DNA from: Myxococcales bacterium
Lineage (GTDB): Bacteria > Myxococcota_A > Polyangia > Polyangiales > DASUME01
Length of the DNA: 64,000 bases
Assembly: GCA_047601445.1 (NCBI GenBank)
Contig: JASGJH010000001.1
Span: 8,320,001 to 8,384,000, forward strand
Direction: 5' to 3'
Below, one piece after another: positions 17,331 through 26,157 of this stretch. The notes under the pieces were generated by a model. The model saw only the letters and a program-made list of their open reading frames with translations. It did not search any database and was not told the origin of the DNA. Position numbers and translations under genes: made by a program. How positions within the stretch are numbered: the first letter of the stretch is position 1; each line of letters begins with the position of its first letter.

Positions 17331-18499
17331 CACCACCCGAACCTCAACTCGACGAGTCCGTGCGCCGGAAATTCCAGGCGCTCGGGGAGGCCGTGGAGGC
17401 GCCCTTCGATGCGGCCATGGCGCAGCGCATCGTGCAGCGTCTGCAGGCCGAGGCTCGACGGCGTGAACGACGTAAGCGGCGCTTGTGGTCGACGGCGCTG
17501 GCTGGCTGCGTCGCGGCGGCTGCCGCAGTCATGCTGCTTTGGTCGCAACGAACGCGCGAGCCGAGCGCCGAGTCGCGCGTGGCCGTCTGCGCCTGGGTCG
17601 ACCAATCGCTCGTCTTCGTCACCAACGCGCGGGGCGAGCGTGAGCTCCTGTTGGGTGCGGCGGGCCGCGTGGTCGCGGGCGCGGATGCCGAGGTCAGGGC
17701 CACGCGCGACGCCGCGTGCGCGCTCGGCATCGAGCTTACGCGTGGGGCAGTGGCGGCGGAGCTCCACGATCTGCGCCCGGGTTCGCTCAGCGTGCGCACG
17801 AGCTTCGGCGACGTGCGGGTGCGCGGCACGACTTTCTCCGTGGAAGTTGGCACCGACCTGCGGGTGGTGCTCGTGTCGGGTGCGGTCGATCTGGTCGACG
17901 AAGGCGAGGTCGCGCTGCGCATGGCGCCTGGCAAGGCCCTGCAGCGGCGCGCGCGCCGCGCCGACGCGCGGCTGACGGCGGCATCACGCGAAGACGTGCA
18001 GCGTGTGGAAGATCTGCTTCATGCGCCCGCGAGGGGGCCTGTGACCGCCCCTGCGCCAGCCGAGCCGAGTGCGTCCGCGCTGCCCGCGCTGCCAGAGATC
18101 GCGACCCGCGAGGGCGTCCGCGGTGGTTCCGCACCCCGTCGTCCGGATCTGCTCGGCGAGGCCGAGGCTGCACGTCGCAAGGGCGAGAACGAACGCGCGC
18201 GCGCTCTCTATGTCCAGGCCCAGCAAGCTGGCCAAGCAAACGCCGAAGTCGCCCTGCTTCGGCACGCCGGCTTCGAGCTCGAGCTGGCGAACCCACGCGC
18301 GGCCGAGGAGCTGCTCACGGAACATCACCGCCGCTACCCCGAGAGCCATCTCGCCGCCGAGGCGGCCTGGCTCGGAGTCAGGATGCGCAGCGCAACCGGT
18401 GACGTCGCCGCCGCCCGCGCCGCGGCTGGTGCGCTGTTGCGAGATTTTCCGGACGCGCCTCAGGCCCGCGCCGCGCGACGGATGCTCGCCGAACCATGA
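17327..18499 (+). CDS. FecR-domain anti-sigma factor with C-terminal TPR-like helices
   Basis: TM segment, LTRGAV..VRT..VRVRGTTFSV..VSGAV; ATGA overlap with the sigma gene. Confidence 0.85.
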   Translation: MTPPEPQLDESVRRKFQALGEAVEAPFDAAMAQRIVQRLQAEARRRERRKRRLWSTALAGCVAAAAAVMLLWSQRTREPSAESRVAVCAWVDQSLVFVTNARGERELLLGAAGRVVAGADAEVRATRDAACALGIELTRGAVAAELHDLRPGSLSVRTSFGDVRVRGTTFSVEVGTDLRVVLVSGAVDLVDEGEVALRMAPGKALQRRARRADARLTAASREDVQRVEDLLHAPARGPVTAPAPAEPSASALPALPEIATREGVRGGSAPRRPDLLGEAEAARRKGENERARALYVQAQQAGQANAEVALLRHAGFELELANPRAAEELLTEHHRRYPESHLAAEAAWLGVRMRSATGDVAAARAAAGALLRDFPDAPQARAARRMLAEP

Positions 18500-19965
18500 C
18501 GCCTGCGCGGGCCATCGGCGCCGGGTTGGTGCTCGGCTGCGCGCTCGGCGCATGCCTCTCGCAGGTGGAGCTCGCTCCTGGTGCGCCCGATCAGATCGTG
18601 GTGTTGGGGGAGGTCCCTGCGCAGATCATCGAGCGCTTCGCCCGCGAGCGAGGCGGCACTTCGGATGGCCGGCTTCGGCTCGACTACCCTGCCACGAATA
18701 CCGAACTGCCTGCCGACCTCGCCGCCATGCGCTTCGCATGGAGCGTCTCACCCAAGGCACCGCCGGCGCCCAAGCCGATGCCCATGGCACCCAAGGCCAA
18801 GGGCGATCCTCCCGCGAAGAACGCCGACTACTTCGAGCTGTGCCTCCAGACCGAGCGACGCACGTCGTGTGCGTACACCGACGCGACGCAGCTCTTCCTC
18901 GAGGAGCAGACCTGGCGGCCCTTGCTCGAGGACGCCGCACACGTGGTGGTGCGTTTGCGCGGCCTCGCCGCCGATTCCCCCGAGCCCATGGTCGCTGCAG
19001 ACAGTGCGCTCAGCGTCGTCAGTCCCAGCGCGCGCGGCTCCGTGTACTTCGTGCAAGATGGGTCGCGTCTGCGAAGGGCGCCGCTCTCGGCTGCCATGGC
19101 GGACGATGTCGAGCTGGCCCTCGACGGCATGTCGGCCGTCTACGCCGTGTCACGCGATGGCACACGCCTGGCCCTCGCGCGCGCGCCCGACCAGCTCGAG
19201 ATCCGCAGCCTGCCATCGTTGGAGGTCGTGGCTTCCGCGTCCTGGCCTGCTCCGTGCGCTGCGCCGCCCGACGCGCTGGCCTTCGACCCCGGCGGGCGTC
19301 GACTCGTCTTCGCATGCACGGGCGCCCTCGTGCTGGTGGACGCCGACACTGCGGCACCGATCCCGCTCAGCGGCGAGCTCGCACAGGCGCGCCTCGCGCA
19401 GCCGAGCTGGTCTCCGGATGGTCGACAGTTGGTGTTCGCGCTCTGGCCCGACGACCCCATGATGCCAGCGGCCCCCGAGCAGGAGGGCACGAGCCTGGCG
19501 CGCTCCCACGTGTCGGTCGATGGCAGCTTCGGCCCTGTCGAGATCCTCGTCCAGTCGGACAAGCGCGACGATACGCTGGCCTTTCCCAGTTTTTCACCGA
19601 CGGGCGACTGGATCGCGTTTCTGCGCGCCAAAGGCAAGCTGCGAGACGCCCGCGAGGCGCAGCCGTGGTTGGTCGCCGCCGCCGGGGGGAGCCCTCTTGC
19701 GTTGGAACTCCCCAAGGAGCCCAAGGCCAAGCTAACCCTGGCCAGCCCGGTCGCATTTCCGAGCTGGCTCCCGAGCGAAGACGGCACGCTCGCGTGGCTC
19801 ACGTTCTCCGCTCAGGGATGGCTCACGCCGACCACCCAGCTGTGGTCCGTACCGGTTCACTTCGCCGAACTCGGTGGCCCCGAAGCGCGCGCACTGCCTC
19901 CGATCTGGTTGCCATTTCAGCCCCTCGATGGGAACGTCTTGGCCCCGGCCTTCGCGCCCCGCTGA
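18496..19965 (+). CDS. TolB/PD40-repeat lipoprotein
   Basis: LGAC lipobox; PSWSPDG, PSFSPTG and PSW repeats. Confidence 0.8.
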   Translation: MTPARAIGAGLVLGCALGACLSQVELAPGAPDQIVVLGEVPAQIIERFARERGGTSDGRLRLDYPATNTELPADLAAMRFAWSVSPKAPPAPKPMPMAPKAKGDPPAKNADYFELCLQTERRTSCAYTDATQLFLEEQTWRPLLEDAAHVVVRLRGLAADSPEPMVAADSALSVVSPSARGSVYFVQDGSRLRRAPLSAAMADDVELALDGMSAVYAVSRDGTRLALARAPDQLEIRSLPSLEVVASASWPAPCAAPPDALAFDPGGRRLVFACTGALVLVDADTAAPIPLSGELAQARLAQPSWSPDGRQLVFALWPDDPMMPAAPEQEGTSLARSHVSVDGSFGPVEILVQSDKRDDTLAFPSFSPTGDWIAFLRAKGKLRDAREAQPWLVAAAGGSPLALELPKEPKAKLTLASPVAFPSWLPSEDGTLAWLTFSAQGWLTPTTQLWSVPVHFAELGGPEARALPPIWLPFQPLDGNVLAPAFAPR

Positions 19966-20158
19966 TCGCATCACGCGTGCGCCCGAGCGGGTGTCGAAAC
20001 GGTCGTGGCCACGTTCACCGCGTCACAGTGTCGTGTTCCGTGAGCTGCGCCCCCGCGAATGGCGTGCTTGTGGCCGTTCGAGGCCGGTGCGCCGCGCGTT
20101 CTCTGCTTCGTGCGTGAGGGCGACGCCGAATTTAGCCATTTTGCGCCTATTTCGCACG

Positions 20159-20173
20159 TGGCCGCTGTCTTGC
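20159..20173 (+). promoter_or_regulatory. Putative sigma54 promoter for the roadblock-like gene
   Basis: TGGCCGCTGTCTTGC. Confidence 0.6.
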
Positions 20174-20275
20174 ACTGAGCCCCTGCAACGCACTCGAGGC
20201 CTCGTCGCCTCCGCCTTCAATGGTGAGGTCGGAGCGGGCGCAGCATGGGCTCGAGTGCCTGCTGGGAGAACGATT

Positions 20276-20641
20276 GTGGCGAACATCAACGAGTGCCTTT
20301 CTCGGATCATGACCTTGGACGGAGCCGTCGGAGCGTGCATCGTGGACAGCAACAGCGGCATGATGCTCGGGGCCGCGGGCGGAGGGGGCATCATCAATCT
20401 GGAAGTGGCGGCGGCCGGAAACACCGAGGTGGTGCGGGCCAAACGCAAGACCATGCAACGGCTCGATCTGAAGACCCGCATCGAGGACATGCTCATCACG
20501 CTCGGCGCCCAGTACCATCTGCTGCGCCCGCTCGCTGCCAACGACGCGCTCTTCATCTACCTCGTGCTCGACAAGGCCAAGAGCAACCTCGCCATGGCGC
20601 GCCACAAGCTGGCGACCATCGAGCCCGAACTGGTGATCTGA
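20276..20641 (+). CDS. Roadblock/LC7-like protein
   Basis: IVDSNSGMMLG..AAAGNTEVVRAK..IEDMLITLGAQYHLLRP..NLAMAR; GGAG RBS, GTG start. Confidence 0.8.
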   Translation: MANINECLSRIMTLDGAVGACIVDSNSGMMLGAAGGGGIINLEVAAAGNTEVVRAKRKTMQRLDLKTRIEDMLITLGAQYHLLRPLAANDALFIYLVLDKAKSNLAMARHKLATIEPELVI

Positions 20642-20645
20642 ACGA

Positions 20646-20859
20646 TCGGCGTCACCGGGGATTCGCGCGACGGCGCCGCGCGCGAACCTGGCGGGTGACG
20701 CCGACGAATGACGCGAAAAGCAGCCAACGCCGACTAGCCTCCGTGAGTTGCGCTGCTCGAGCGTCATTCGTCGGCCTTGCCCGCGCAGGAGAGGGGCCCT
20801 GCGGGCCCAGCTTGCGTAACCCACGCTACAAGCGTCCGCGAGAGCCCTGGCAAAGGACG
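20646..20859. other. Densely structured intergenic region (candidate ncRNA or terminator)
   Basis: Perfect 11-bp (20646-56/20694-704) and 15-bp (20700-14/20761-75) inverted repeats plus three smaller stems. Confidence 0.45.
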
Positions 20860-20875
20860 TACGTACCGCCTTAAC

Positions 20876-21613
20876 ATGCCCGGCATGCAGTCCCTTGATC
20901 TGAGCTCCTATCGGCAGATCGTCGTGCTCACCGGGGCCGGTGTCTCGGTGGCCTCCGGGTTGCGCCCCTATCGAGGTCCAGGGGGATTGTGGGAGGAACA
21001 CGAGGTGGCCGGGCTCGCCACGGCGGAGGCCCTCGAACGTCGTCCCGACCAGGTCCGCGCGTTCTTCGCCGAGGCCCGTGAGCGAGCCACGCTCGCCGAG
21101 CCCAATGCGGCCCACCGCGCCCTCGCGCGCTGGGAGCAGGCGCTGCCCGCGGACGTTCGCTTCACGCTCATCACCCAGAACGTGGACGGTCTGCATCAGC
21201 GCGCGGGCAGTGTCCGGGTGATCGAGCTGCACGGTAGCCTCTTTTCGACCCGCTGCGGCTCACCCGGCTGCGGTCGTCCGCGCACGCGAGAGTCGGCCTC
21301 GGCGGGCGCGCCGTCGGGGAGTTGCGAGCTCTGCGGCGGTCGTCTCCGGCCCGACCTCACGCTGTTCGACGAGCCCCTCGATGTAGACGCGGAGTGGCAA
21401 TCCAAGCAGGCCCTGCGCGAGTGCGACCTCTTTCTCGCGATCGGCACGTCGGGCACCGTCTCACCGGCCTCCAACTTCGTGCGCAGTGCGGCCTACGCTG
21501 GCGCGCGCACCATCTTCGTCAACTTGGAGCCCATGCGCCCGCGTAATCCTTCGTTCGCGGAGGAATACTTGGGCCGTGCCGAGCAGCTGCTGCCAACGAT
21601 GCTCGGACACTGA
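20876..21613 (+). CDS. cobB: NAD-dependent protein deacylase (sirtuin)
   Basis: LTGAGVSVASG, TQNVDGLH, ELHGSL, Cys4 zinc site, IGTSG. Confidence 0.92.
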   Translation: MPGMQSLDLSSYRQIVVLTGAGVSVASGLRPYRGPGGLWEEHEVAGLATAEALERRPDQVRAFFAEARERATLAEPNAAHRALARWEQALPADVRFTLITQNVDGLHQRAGSVRVIELHGSLFSTRCGSPGCGRPRTRESASAGAPSGSCELCGGRLRPDLTLFDEPLDVDAEWQSKQALRECDLFLAIGTSGTVSPASNFVRSAAYAGARTIFVNLEPMRPRNPSFAEEYLGRAEQLLPTMLGH

Positions 21614-21973
21614 GAACGGGCGCTCCAAACCTTCAACGCGTAGAAACTGACGCCAGTTCTGATCGTGGCCGTAGCGTCGCCGTGGCCGTGGGTGCTCCCT
21701 TGATGGTGGCCGCGCTCGTGACCCGGAGCGACTTCGTGAAGGTGTTCGACACCGCCCGACGCTGACGGATCAACGGCGAAGTCGAGCTTCTGAAAGTGCA
21801 GCATGCCTACGATATCGGTCGCCACCCTCGCAGGTTACGTGCTCGCTTACGGTCGTGGATCACGGCCATGGTATCGTTCCCGCTCACGAGCGCGGCCACC
21901 ATCACGGGAGCGCCCACGACCACGGCAGTAGCCGCGGCGTCTACATCACGGGTTTCAAACGCCGATCGACGCC
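21614..21973. repeat. REP/MITE-like element, copy B: two inverted arms between convergent genes
   Basis: 21681-21721 vs reverse complement of 21884-21924: 38/41 identical. Confidence 0.85.
21760..21804 (-). pseudogene. Possible remnant of a four-helix-bundle (23S rRNA IVP/Avd-like) gene
   Basis: ATG CTG CAC TTT CAG AAG CTC GAC = MLHFQKLD, resembling the N-terminus of that family (from memory); only 8 codons of similarity. Confidence 0.4.
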
Positions 21974-22828
21974 TCAGAACGTCGCGCCAATGCCGAGGAT
22001 CGGACCCTGCATGGTGAGCTTGGTGGTGCGCACGTTGCCTTTCAGGTCCTGGCTGTCGCGCAGGGCCTGCAGCGCCCGGTAGCCCACGTCGAACTGCAGA
22101 TGGCGCCAGACCGTGAAGCGCACGCCGGTGGTGACCTCCCAGGTGAAGCGCGAGCAGTTCGCGATGTTGAAGCCACCGAAGTTGGCCGCCAGCCCCAGGC
22201 CCACGCGGTGCGTGATGTCAGAGAGGTAGCGGGCCCCCACGATGAAGTCGGCCCAGCTCTCCGTGGCGTCGACCTTGCGATCGATCCCCGTGCCGTTCGG
22301 CCGCACCGGAGGCAGCACGGCGTGCACCGTCGAGCCGATGTTCCAGTAGCGCGCCCCCATGTCGATCATCAGCTGCGCGCCGGGCTCGCCCTTGCGGTGA
22401 CCGGGGCGCGTGTCGAGCACGCGGTAGGCGGCGCGCACGTCGAGCACGTTCTCCTTGGCGTCGAGGTCTAGGGAGCCAGAGCCGAGCTCTTTTGTGGTGT
22501 CGAGCGACACGAACATGTAGTCCGTCACCAAGCCGAAGTTCCTGTATTGGGCCTGGGCGTTGATCATGAACGCGGCGTTCATCAGCTTGATCAGCTGCCC
22601 CACGTTGGCGTTGACGGTCCGCTCTCCGAGGTCATTCGACGCCGTGGCGAGCCACAGGTAGGGAGTGACGGTCACCCACCAGTCTTGCTTGGCCTGTGCC
22701 TCGTGCGTCTCGTGTGGCGCGATCCGAGGTTCGGGCGCGGGCAACCCTTGGTCGGCCTGGGCCAGAGCGGACGCGCTCCACGCGCTCAGGGTGCATGAGA
22801 GCAGCCACGGCGCGAACCTGCGCAACAT
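21974..22828 (-). CDS. Outer-membrane beta-barrel protein
   Basis: Signal peptide; WVTVTPYLW, GARYW, GYRAL; terminal Phe (GPILGIGATF). Confidence 0.82.
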   Translation of the reverse strand: MLRRFAPWLLSCTLSAWSASALAQADQGLPAPEPRIAPHETHEAQAKQDWWVTVTPYLWLATASNDLGERTVNANVGQLIKLMNAAFMINAQAQYRNFGLVTDYMFVSLDTTKELGSGSLDLDAKENVLDVRAAYRVLDTRPGHRKGEPGAQLMIDMGARYWNIGSTVHAVLPPVRPNGTGIDRKVDATESWADFIVGARYLSDITHRVGLGLAANFGGFNIANCSRFTWEVTTGVRFTVWRHLQFDVGYRALQALRDSQDLKGNVRTTKLTMQGPILGIGATF

Positions 22829-22922
22829 GTTCCCCACCTTCGTGATTGGCGGTCTGCTCCCCAGCAAACCCTCGATTCAGCATGTGGGGTGTAGGCAGTG
22901 CTTGCAACGCGCAAGCGCGCCT

Positions 22923-23909
22923 TCATGACGCGTCGGGAACGCTTGCCGCCTTCTTGTATGCGAGGAGCAGGCGGCGTCCGTGAGGCGAGAGAGCCTTCCC
23001 GTGCAGGAACAGCTCGCGAAACCAACGAGCACCCGCGTCGTCCTCACGTCGGCGCGACCACACGGCGCTCACGCCCGCGCTGGGCAGAGCGAGCGGAGGC
23101 TTCAGCACGCGCAGCCCGAACAGCTCTTCGGCCCGTCGCGCAACACCGCTCGCGATGGTGCACACGTAATCGGTGCGCAGCAGGGCCAGCGGAGCGGACA
23201 TGAAGTTCGGCACACGCAGGGCGACCCGCCGCGTGTGTCCCAGCTTCTGCAAGGCCCGGTCCACGGCTCCATCGCGTCGCCCCTCCACGCTCACCAGCAC
23301 GTGCCCCAGCTCCAGGTAGGCCTCGAGGTCGAGCCTACGACCGATGCGTGGGTGGTCGGCGCGCACCAGCACCGCGAACGGATCCTCGTAGAGCAGGGCG
23401 CGACAGAGGCCCGACTGGGGCAATGCCTGCGTCTGTCCTATCAGCGCGAGATCGATCTCACCCGCGACCAGCGCAGGCAGCGAGGACGGTGAGAAGCGCT
23501 CGAGCTCCAGACTCACGCCCGGCGCGTGCGTCGCGAGATAGCTGAGCACATCGGGCAAGGCCGTGAACTCGAAGTAGTCGAGCGTGGCGAGCCGAAAGGT
23601 CCGGCGCGCGGTGGCAGCCACGAAGGGCTCCGGCGGCGACAGGGCCTGACCTAGCTGGTCGAGCGCCAGCGAGAGCTCTCGGGCCAGGCGCTCGGCCAAC
23701 TGGGTGCGGTGCAGACGTCCGCCGCTGGCCACGAACAGAGGATCGCCGAATAGCTCGCGCAGTCTTGCGAGTGAATGGCTCATGGCGGACTGGCTCACGT
23801 GGGTGCGCCGGGCCGCCCCGCTGACGCTGCCCTCCGCGAGCAGGGCTTCGAGCGCGGGCAGCAGGTTGAGGTTGATCGCACGCACATCGAAATCAGTCAT
23901 GTCGAGCAT
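22923..23909 (-). CDS. LysR-family regulator (start 23909 or 23901)
   Basis: NLNLL..SVSGAARR..SQSAMSHSLARLRELFGDPLF. Confidence 0.95.
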   Translation of the reverse strand: MLDMTDFDVRAINLNLLPALEALLAEGSVSGAARRTHVSQSAMSHSLARLRELFGDPLFVASGGRLHRTQLAERLARELSLALDQLGQALSPPEPFVAATARRTFRLATLDYFEFTALPDVLSYLATHAPGVSLELERFSPSSLPALVAGEIDLALIGQTQALPQSGLCRALLYEDPFAVLVRADHPRIGRRLDLEAYLELGHVLVSVEGRRDGAVDRALQKLGHTRRVALRVPNFMSAPLALLRTDYVCTIASGVARRAEELFGLRVLKPPLALPSAGVSAVWSRRREDDAGARWFRELFLHGKALSPHGRRLLLAYKKAASVPDAS

Positions 23910-23957
23910 TATATAGATTCATTTTATTCATGGTCGGGTCCGACCTATCGTCCATCC

Positions 23958-24929
23958 ATGCAGCCCTCACATCAACCCCGCAAAATCGGCTATCGCCACG
24001 CCTCGTGCGCCCCGTGGCTCGCCCTGTGTACGAGCTTGCTCATGGCCTGCGGGCCGACGGCCTCCGCCGAACCGCACGCACCGGTAGCCAATGCACAGAC
24101 CTCGCCGCCGCCCGGCGTGGGCTTCGCCATCCTCAAGACGGCGCGCCGCTCCGTGCGCGAGGGGCTCCTGTTCGACGGGGGGGACTTCGGGAAGCAGGTG
24201 GAGACCGCCTTCTCCGCCATCCTGGTGAAGCACGGCGAGCACTACTTCTTGTTCGACAGCGGCCTCGGTCGGGACATCGCGCGCCAGTACAACGCGGACA
24301 TGCCCTGGTGGCGCCGCCTCTCCTTCACCTACGACGATCCCGTGAGTCCCGCGCGCGCCCAGCTCGACGCGGCCCACGTGCCGCCCATCGACCGCATCGT
24401 GCTCAGCCACGCGCACTGGGACCACGCCAGTGGTCTGACGGACTTTCCCGGTGTCGAGATCTGGGCCTCGGACCCCGAGATGCACATGATCCACGCGGCA
24501 CGCTCGGGCGCCGGAAGCGCCTGGCCCTCGCAGGTCTCCAGCGACTCACTGCAGTTTCGTTCGCTGCGCTTTCGCGACGTGCCCTACGAGGGCTTCGCCC
24601 AGAGCCTCGACCTGTTCGACGACGGCAGCGTGGTGCTGGTGCCGATGTATGGCCATACGCCCGGTTCGATCGGTATGTTCGTGCGCGTGGACTCCGGCAA
24701 GCGTGCCTTCTTCGTGGGCGATGTGGTGTGGAATGCCGGCGCCCTGGCCGAAGGGAAACCGAAGTTCTGGCTGGCGCGCAGCGTGGTGGACCAGGACGCC
24801 GAGCGAACGCTCGCCACCATCGGCTTGATCCGCGGCGCCATGCAACGCGACCCTGATCTCGTGGTCTTGCCAGCTCATGACGGCGCCGCCCAGGCCGAGC
24901 TCGGCTTCTTTCCGCACTGGATCCGCTGA
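23958..24929 (+). CDS. Metallo-beta-lactamase-fold hydrolase (AHL-lactonase-like), probable lipoprotein
   Basis: SHAHWDH, GHTPG, GD and AHD motifs; LLMAC lipobox; divergent from LysR. Confidence 0.88.
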   Translation: MQPSHQPRKIGYRHASCAPWLALCTSLLMACGPTASAEPHAPVANAQTSPPPGVGFAILKTARRSVREGLLFDGGDFGKQVETAFSAILVKHGEHYFLFDSGLGRDIARQYNADMPWWRRLSFTYDDPVSPARAQLDAAHVPPIDRIVLSHAHWDHASGLTDFPGVEIWASDPEMHMIHAARSGAGSAWPSQVSSDSLQFRSLRFRDVPYEGFAQSLDLFDDGSVVLVPMYGHTPGSIGMFVRVDSGKRAFFVGDVVWNAGALAEGKPKFWLARSVVDQDAERTLATIGLIRGAMQRDPDLVVLPAHDGAAQAELGFFPHWIR

Positions 24930-25029
24930 CGGGCGCCGCCGTCGCGCTTGCGGTCCATGACCGAAGCGCGTGCGCCTCCGTTCGCGGGGCTGGCAGCTTC
25001 GACAAGCTGCGCTCTGCGTGGAAGCAATT

Positions 25030-25992
25030 GTGACTGTGAAGCTCAGCGCTCTTGTCGACCTCGCGAATCGCCTCAAGAACTCCACGCTCAAGACCCTAGA
25101 AGGCCCGGCCAGGCTCCTGCACCGGCCGCGCGCCCCGCGCACGCCAGACATGGTGGGCGACCCGCTCCACCCGATCGATGTGCGGAGCAAGCTCTCGCGC
25201 GAGGAGTTCGTGATCAACTATCTGAGCGCGAACCGGCCGGTGGTCGTCACCGACGCCATGGATCGCTGGGACGCGCGCCACTGGACGCTGGCCTCGTTCG
25301 AGCGAGATTTCGGCGACTGTGCGGTGACCCTGCAAGCACCGGAGTTCGAGGGCGGTGAGGTCTCCAAAGTACGTGACTTCATTCGTCAGGTGAGAGGCTA
25401 CGAGCACCTGCCGGTCGAGCTCTTGCCCGCTCCCTCCGAGATGCCCAACGCCCGGAACCTCAAGGGGGGGTATGGCCAGGGCTTCACCAGCACCGCCTTC
25501 GAGCGACTCGCCAAGCACTGGGAGCGTCCCTACTTCGTGCCCGTGAGCGGCTACGTGTCACCGAGTCAGTTGCTGTGCCTGCCGAACTATCAGCCGCACA
25601 CCCAGTTCGGCTTCTACGTGTCGCCGCGCGGTGCCGCCACGTCGCTCCATGTCGACGGTGGGTTCTCCAACGCGCTGTTGGGACAGATCGCGGGCGAGAA
25701 GAAGGTCTTCCTGTTCAGCCCGGACCAGACGCCACGCTTGCCGCGCCACCATGAACGCCCGCCCGCTCACTACTTACGTGGCGAGCAACCTGGCTTCGGC
25801 GGCGAGCAACCGATGGAGTTCACGCTGCGGCCCGGCATGATGATGTTCATCCCCAAGTATCACTGGCACGAGATCTACACGCTGTCTGCCAGCATCTCCA
25901 TCACCTACACCTTCGTGCACGCTTCGGACGTGACTCGGCAGTGGGTGCGGGACATCTCCTCCACCAGCATGCAGCAGGCCGACTACGCCTGA
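25030..25992 (+). CDS. JmjC/cupin-like 2OG-Fe(II) oxygenase; start uncertain
   Basis: NRPVVVTD..W, TSLHVD, GEKKVFLFSP, LRPG.MMFIP..HWH. Confidence 0.85.
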   Translation: MTVKLSALVDLANRLKNSTLKTLEGPARLLHRPRAPRTPDMVGDPLHPIDVRSKLSREEFVINYLSANRPVVVTDAMDRWDARHWTLASFERDFGDCAVTLQAPEFEGGEVSKVRDFIRQVRGYEHLPVELLPAPSEMPNARNLKGGYGQGFTSTAFERLAKHWERPYFVPVSGYVSPSQLLCLPNYQPHTQFGFYVSPRGAATSLHVDGGFSNALLGQIAGEKKVFLFSPDQTPRLPRHHERPPAHYLRGEQPGFGGEQPMEFTLRPGMMMFIPKYHWHEIYTLSASISITYTFVHASDVTRQWVRDISSTSMQQADYA

Positions 25993-26157
25993 GTCCGGCC
26001 TGCCGCGGCGCTAGCGGCGCCGGATCTCGCCGTCACGATGGAGCCGAGGCGCGCTTCTTCACCCCGCCCGGTGGAGGCTCGCCCACAAAATCACGGCGCC
26101 CCGTTCACCCCGAGTTTCGTTGACTGCTCGGGTGGAACGACGAAGATCCGGGAACCT

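Noticed and set aside
20876..21613. Sirtuin as an anti-phage SIR2 effector
   Set aside because: Ordinary CobB size with a Cys4 zinc domain; no defence partner genes
21760..21804. Diversity-generating retroelement
   Set aside because: Only a possible Avd-like remnant; no reverse transcriptase or adenine-variant TR/VR pair seen
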